A DNA stretch of 64,000 bases, from positions 3,286,001 to 3,350,000 of the forward strand of contig OZ365118.1 of the NCBI GenBank assembly GCA_977030845.1, in the 5' to 3' direction. The DNA comes from Fimbriosthenelais zetlandica. Its lineage: Eukaryota. The notes under the pieces were generated by a model. That model ran no database searches and was not told where the DNA came from. It was given only the letters and a program-made list of their open reading frames with translations. Shown one piece after another: positions 62,991 through 64,000 of this stretch. Every line of letters starts with the position of its first letter. Within the stretch, counting starts at the first letter, position 1. A program made the translations under genes and the position numbers.

Positions 62991-63673
62991 TGAAAACTAT
63001 GTAATTTTGTCGATTTTTCAGTAGATTTATTTTCAGTTTCCAGAACAACTGCAGTAATTAGTATTTCAGCAATTTTTACATTCAATATTCAAAGAACGTC
63101 AACCACCTATGTCATGCATATATAATTAAAGACAATTGTATCGGTTAGTTTCCATGGTGATAAGGGCAAAAAGGAACATTCACATAACAGATAAACAGAG
63201 TGTGAGTATATGTAAAGGAGCGGGGCTAAGGAGCGCGGGCGGGGCTAAGGAGCGCGGGCAAGGCTAGGAAATGCATGCAAAGCATGGCTTAATGCATACA
63301 GATCAGAGCAGCGCAAGCGGGCCATAGCAGCGCAAGCGGGCCATAGCAGCGCAAGGTATTGACCTGACCAGAAAGAGGAAGGGTGCAGAGAGGAGGATGT
63401 GGATGTTGCATTTCGCCCTTATCACCATGGAAACTATCCAATACAATTGTCTTAAATTACATATGCATGACCTAGGTGGTTGACGTACCTTGAATATTGA
63501 ATTAAAAATTGCTGAAATACCAAATGCTGCAGTTGCTATGGAAGCTGAAAACATGTCTTTGCTGAAAAATCGACAAAAATTACAGAGTTTTCAGGTTGCC
63601 AAGATAACCAGTTAATCAGGATAATTTCGAACGCCCTCTGGGAATATATGAGGAATGACATGCCCATATGGAT
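62991..63673 (-). mobile_element. Foldback element copy C, inverted relative to copy A
   Basis: Its reverse complement aligns with 55480 to about 56182 (arm, loop with GCGCTGCTATGGC and GCGCTCCTTAGCCCCGC repeats, second arm), with scattered substitutions and indels. Truncated on its left side. Confidence 0.8.
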
Positions 63674-63825
63674 CTACAAATACAATATAACGGCTCTACA
63701 ATGTTTCTAGAAACTTCACTTCGAGGTTGTCCTCTGGCACCACCGTCAGCTATGTGTCGTCAGCTTTATTTCCACTTCCTGTTTCTGTAACACTTCACTT
63801 CGCCGGTAGATCACAATATTATTGT

Positions 63826-64000
63826 CTATTGTCCATAATTAATGATTTCAAAGTTCGCTTGAAAGCTTTTCGAAATGAAATGGATCATTTCGATAGTGGT
63901 CATTGAACGTTGGTGTTGTTGAAATGCTCGGTGGTTGCAGTCTCTTGTCAGCAGGCATGCGGCATACGCAGCACAGATGTTGGATCCTTGCGATTTTAAG
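63826..64000 (-). CDS. NAXD: NAXD C-terminal exon copy (- strand); frame intact as far as visible, truncated by the window edge
   Basis: Reverse complement reads c-LKSQGSNICAAYAACLLTRDCNHRAFQQHQRSMTTIEMIHFISKSFQANFEIINYGQ-TAG. By alignment to the + copy the acceptor should lie about 6 nt beyond position 64000. Functional status unknown. Confidence 0.7.
   Translation of the reverse strand, partial: LKSQGSNICAAYAACLLTRDCNHRAFQQHQRSMTTIEMIHFISKSFQANFEIINYGQ

Overview
This is eukaryotic (animal-type) genomic DNA with spliceosomal introns, many microsatellites, and almost no long true ORFs; most of the supplied ORF track is spurious. The one gene I recognise is NAXD/CARKD (ATP-dependent NAD(P)HX dehydratase). 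Two consecutive + strand exons (38479-38529 GIITKAKRMHIPLVIDA; 39565-39669 DGLHLVTEKPDLIKGYKRATLTPNAMEFTRLYQAL) have canonical splice sites. I could not find the NAXD exons carrying the HKG/GG, YTGAP, GPGLG, VQKG or GGQGD motifs in the window. The right-hand 12.5 kb (51.6-64 kb) is a nest of repeats: four different satellite arrays, tRNA-derived fragments, and a foldback element with about 225-bp inverted arms carrying RFX X-box motifs. The most notable feature is the NAXD C-terminal exon (CAAYAACLLTRDCNHRAFQQHQRSMTT...), present twice in opposite orientation (56554-56730 on +; 63826-64000, cut by the window edge, on -). Each copy is physically joined to the foldback element, and the two differ by a 4-nt indel. 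This looks like exon capture or mobilisation by a composite-like or tandemly amplified element, although an inverted segmental duplication is not excluded. The left 38 kb has no recognisable coding sequence, only decayed repeats, a small TIR element and motif-dense islands that may be enhancers. All family assignments come from my recall of the protein and motif families; no database search was run.
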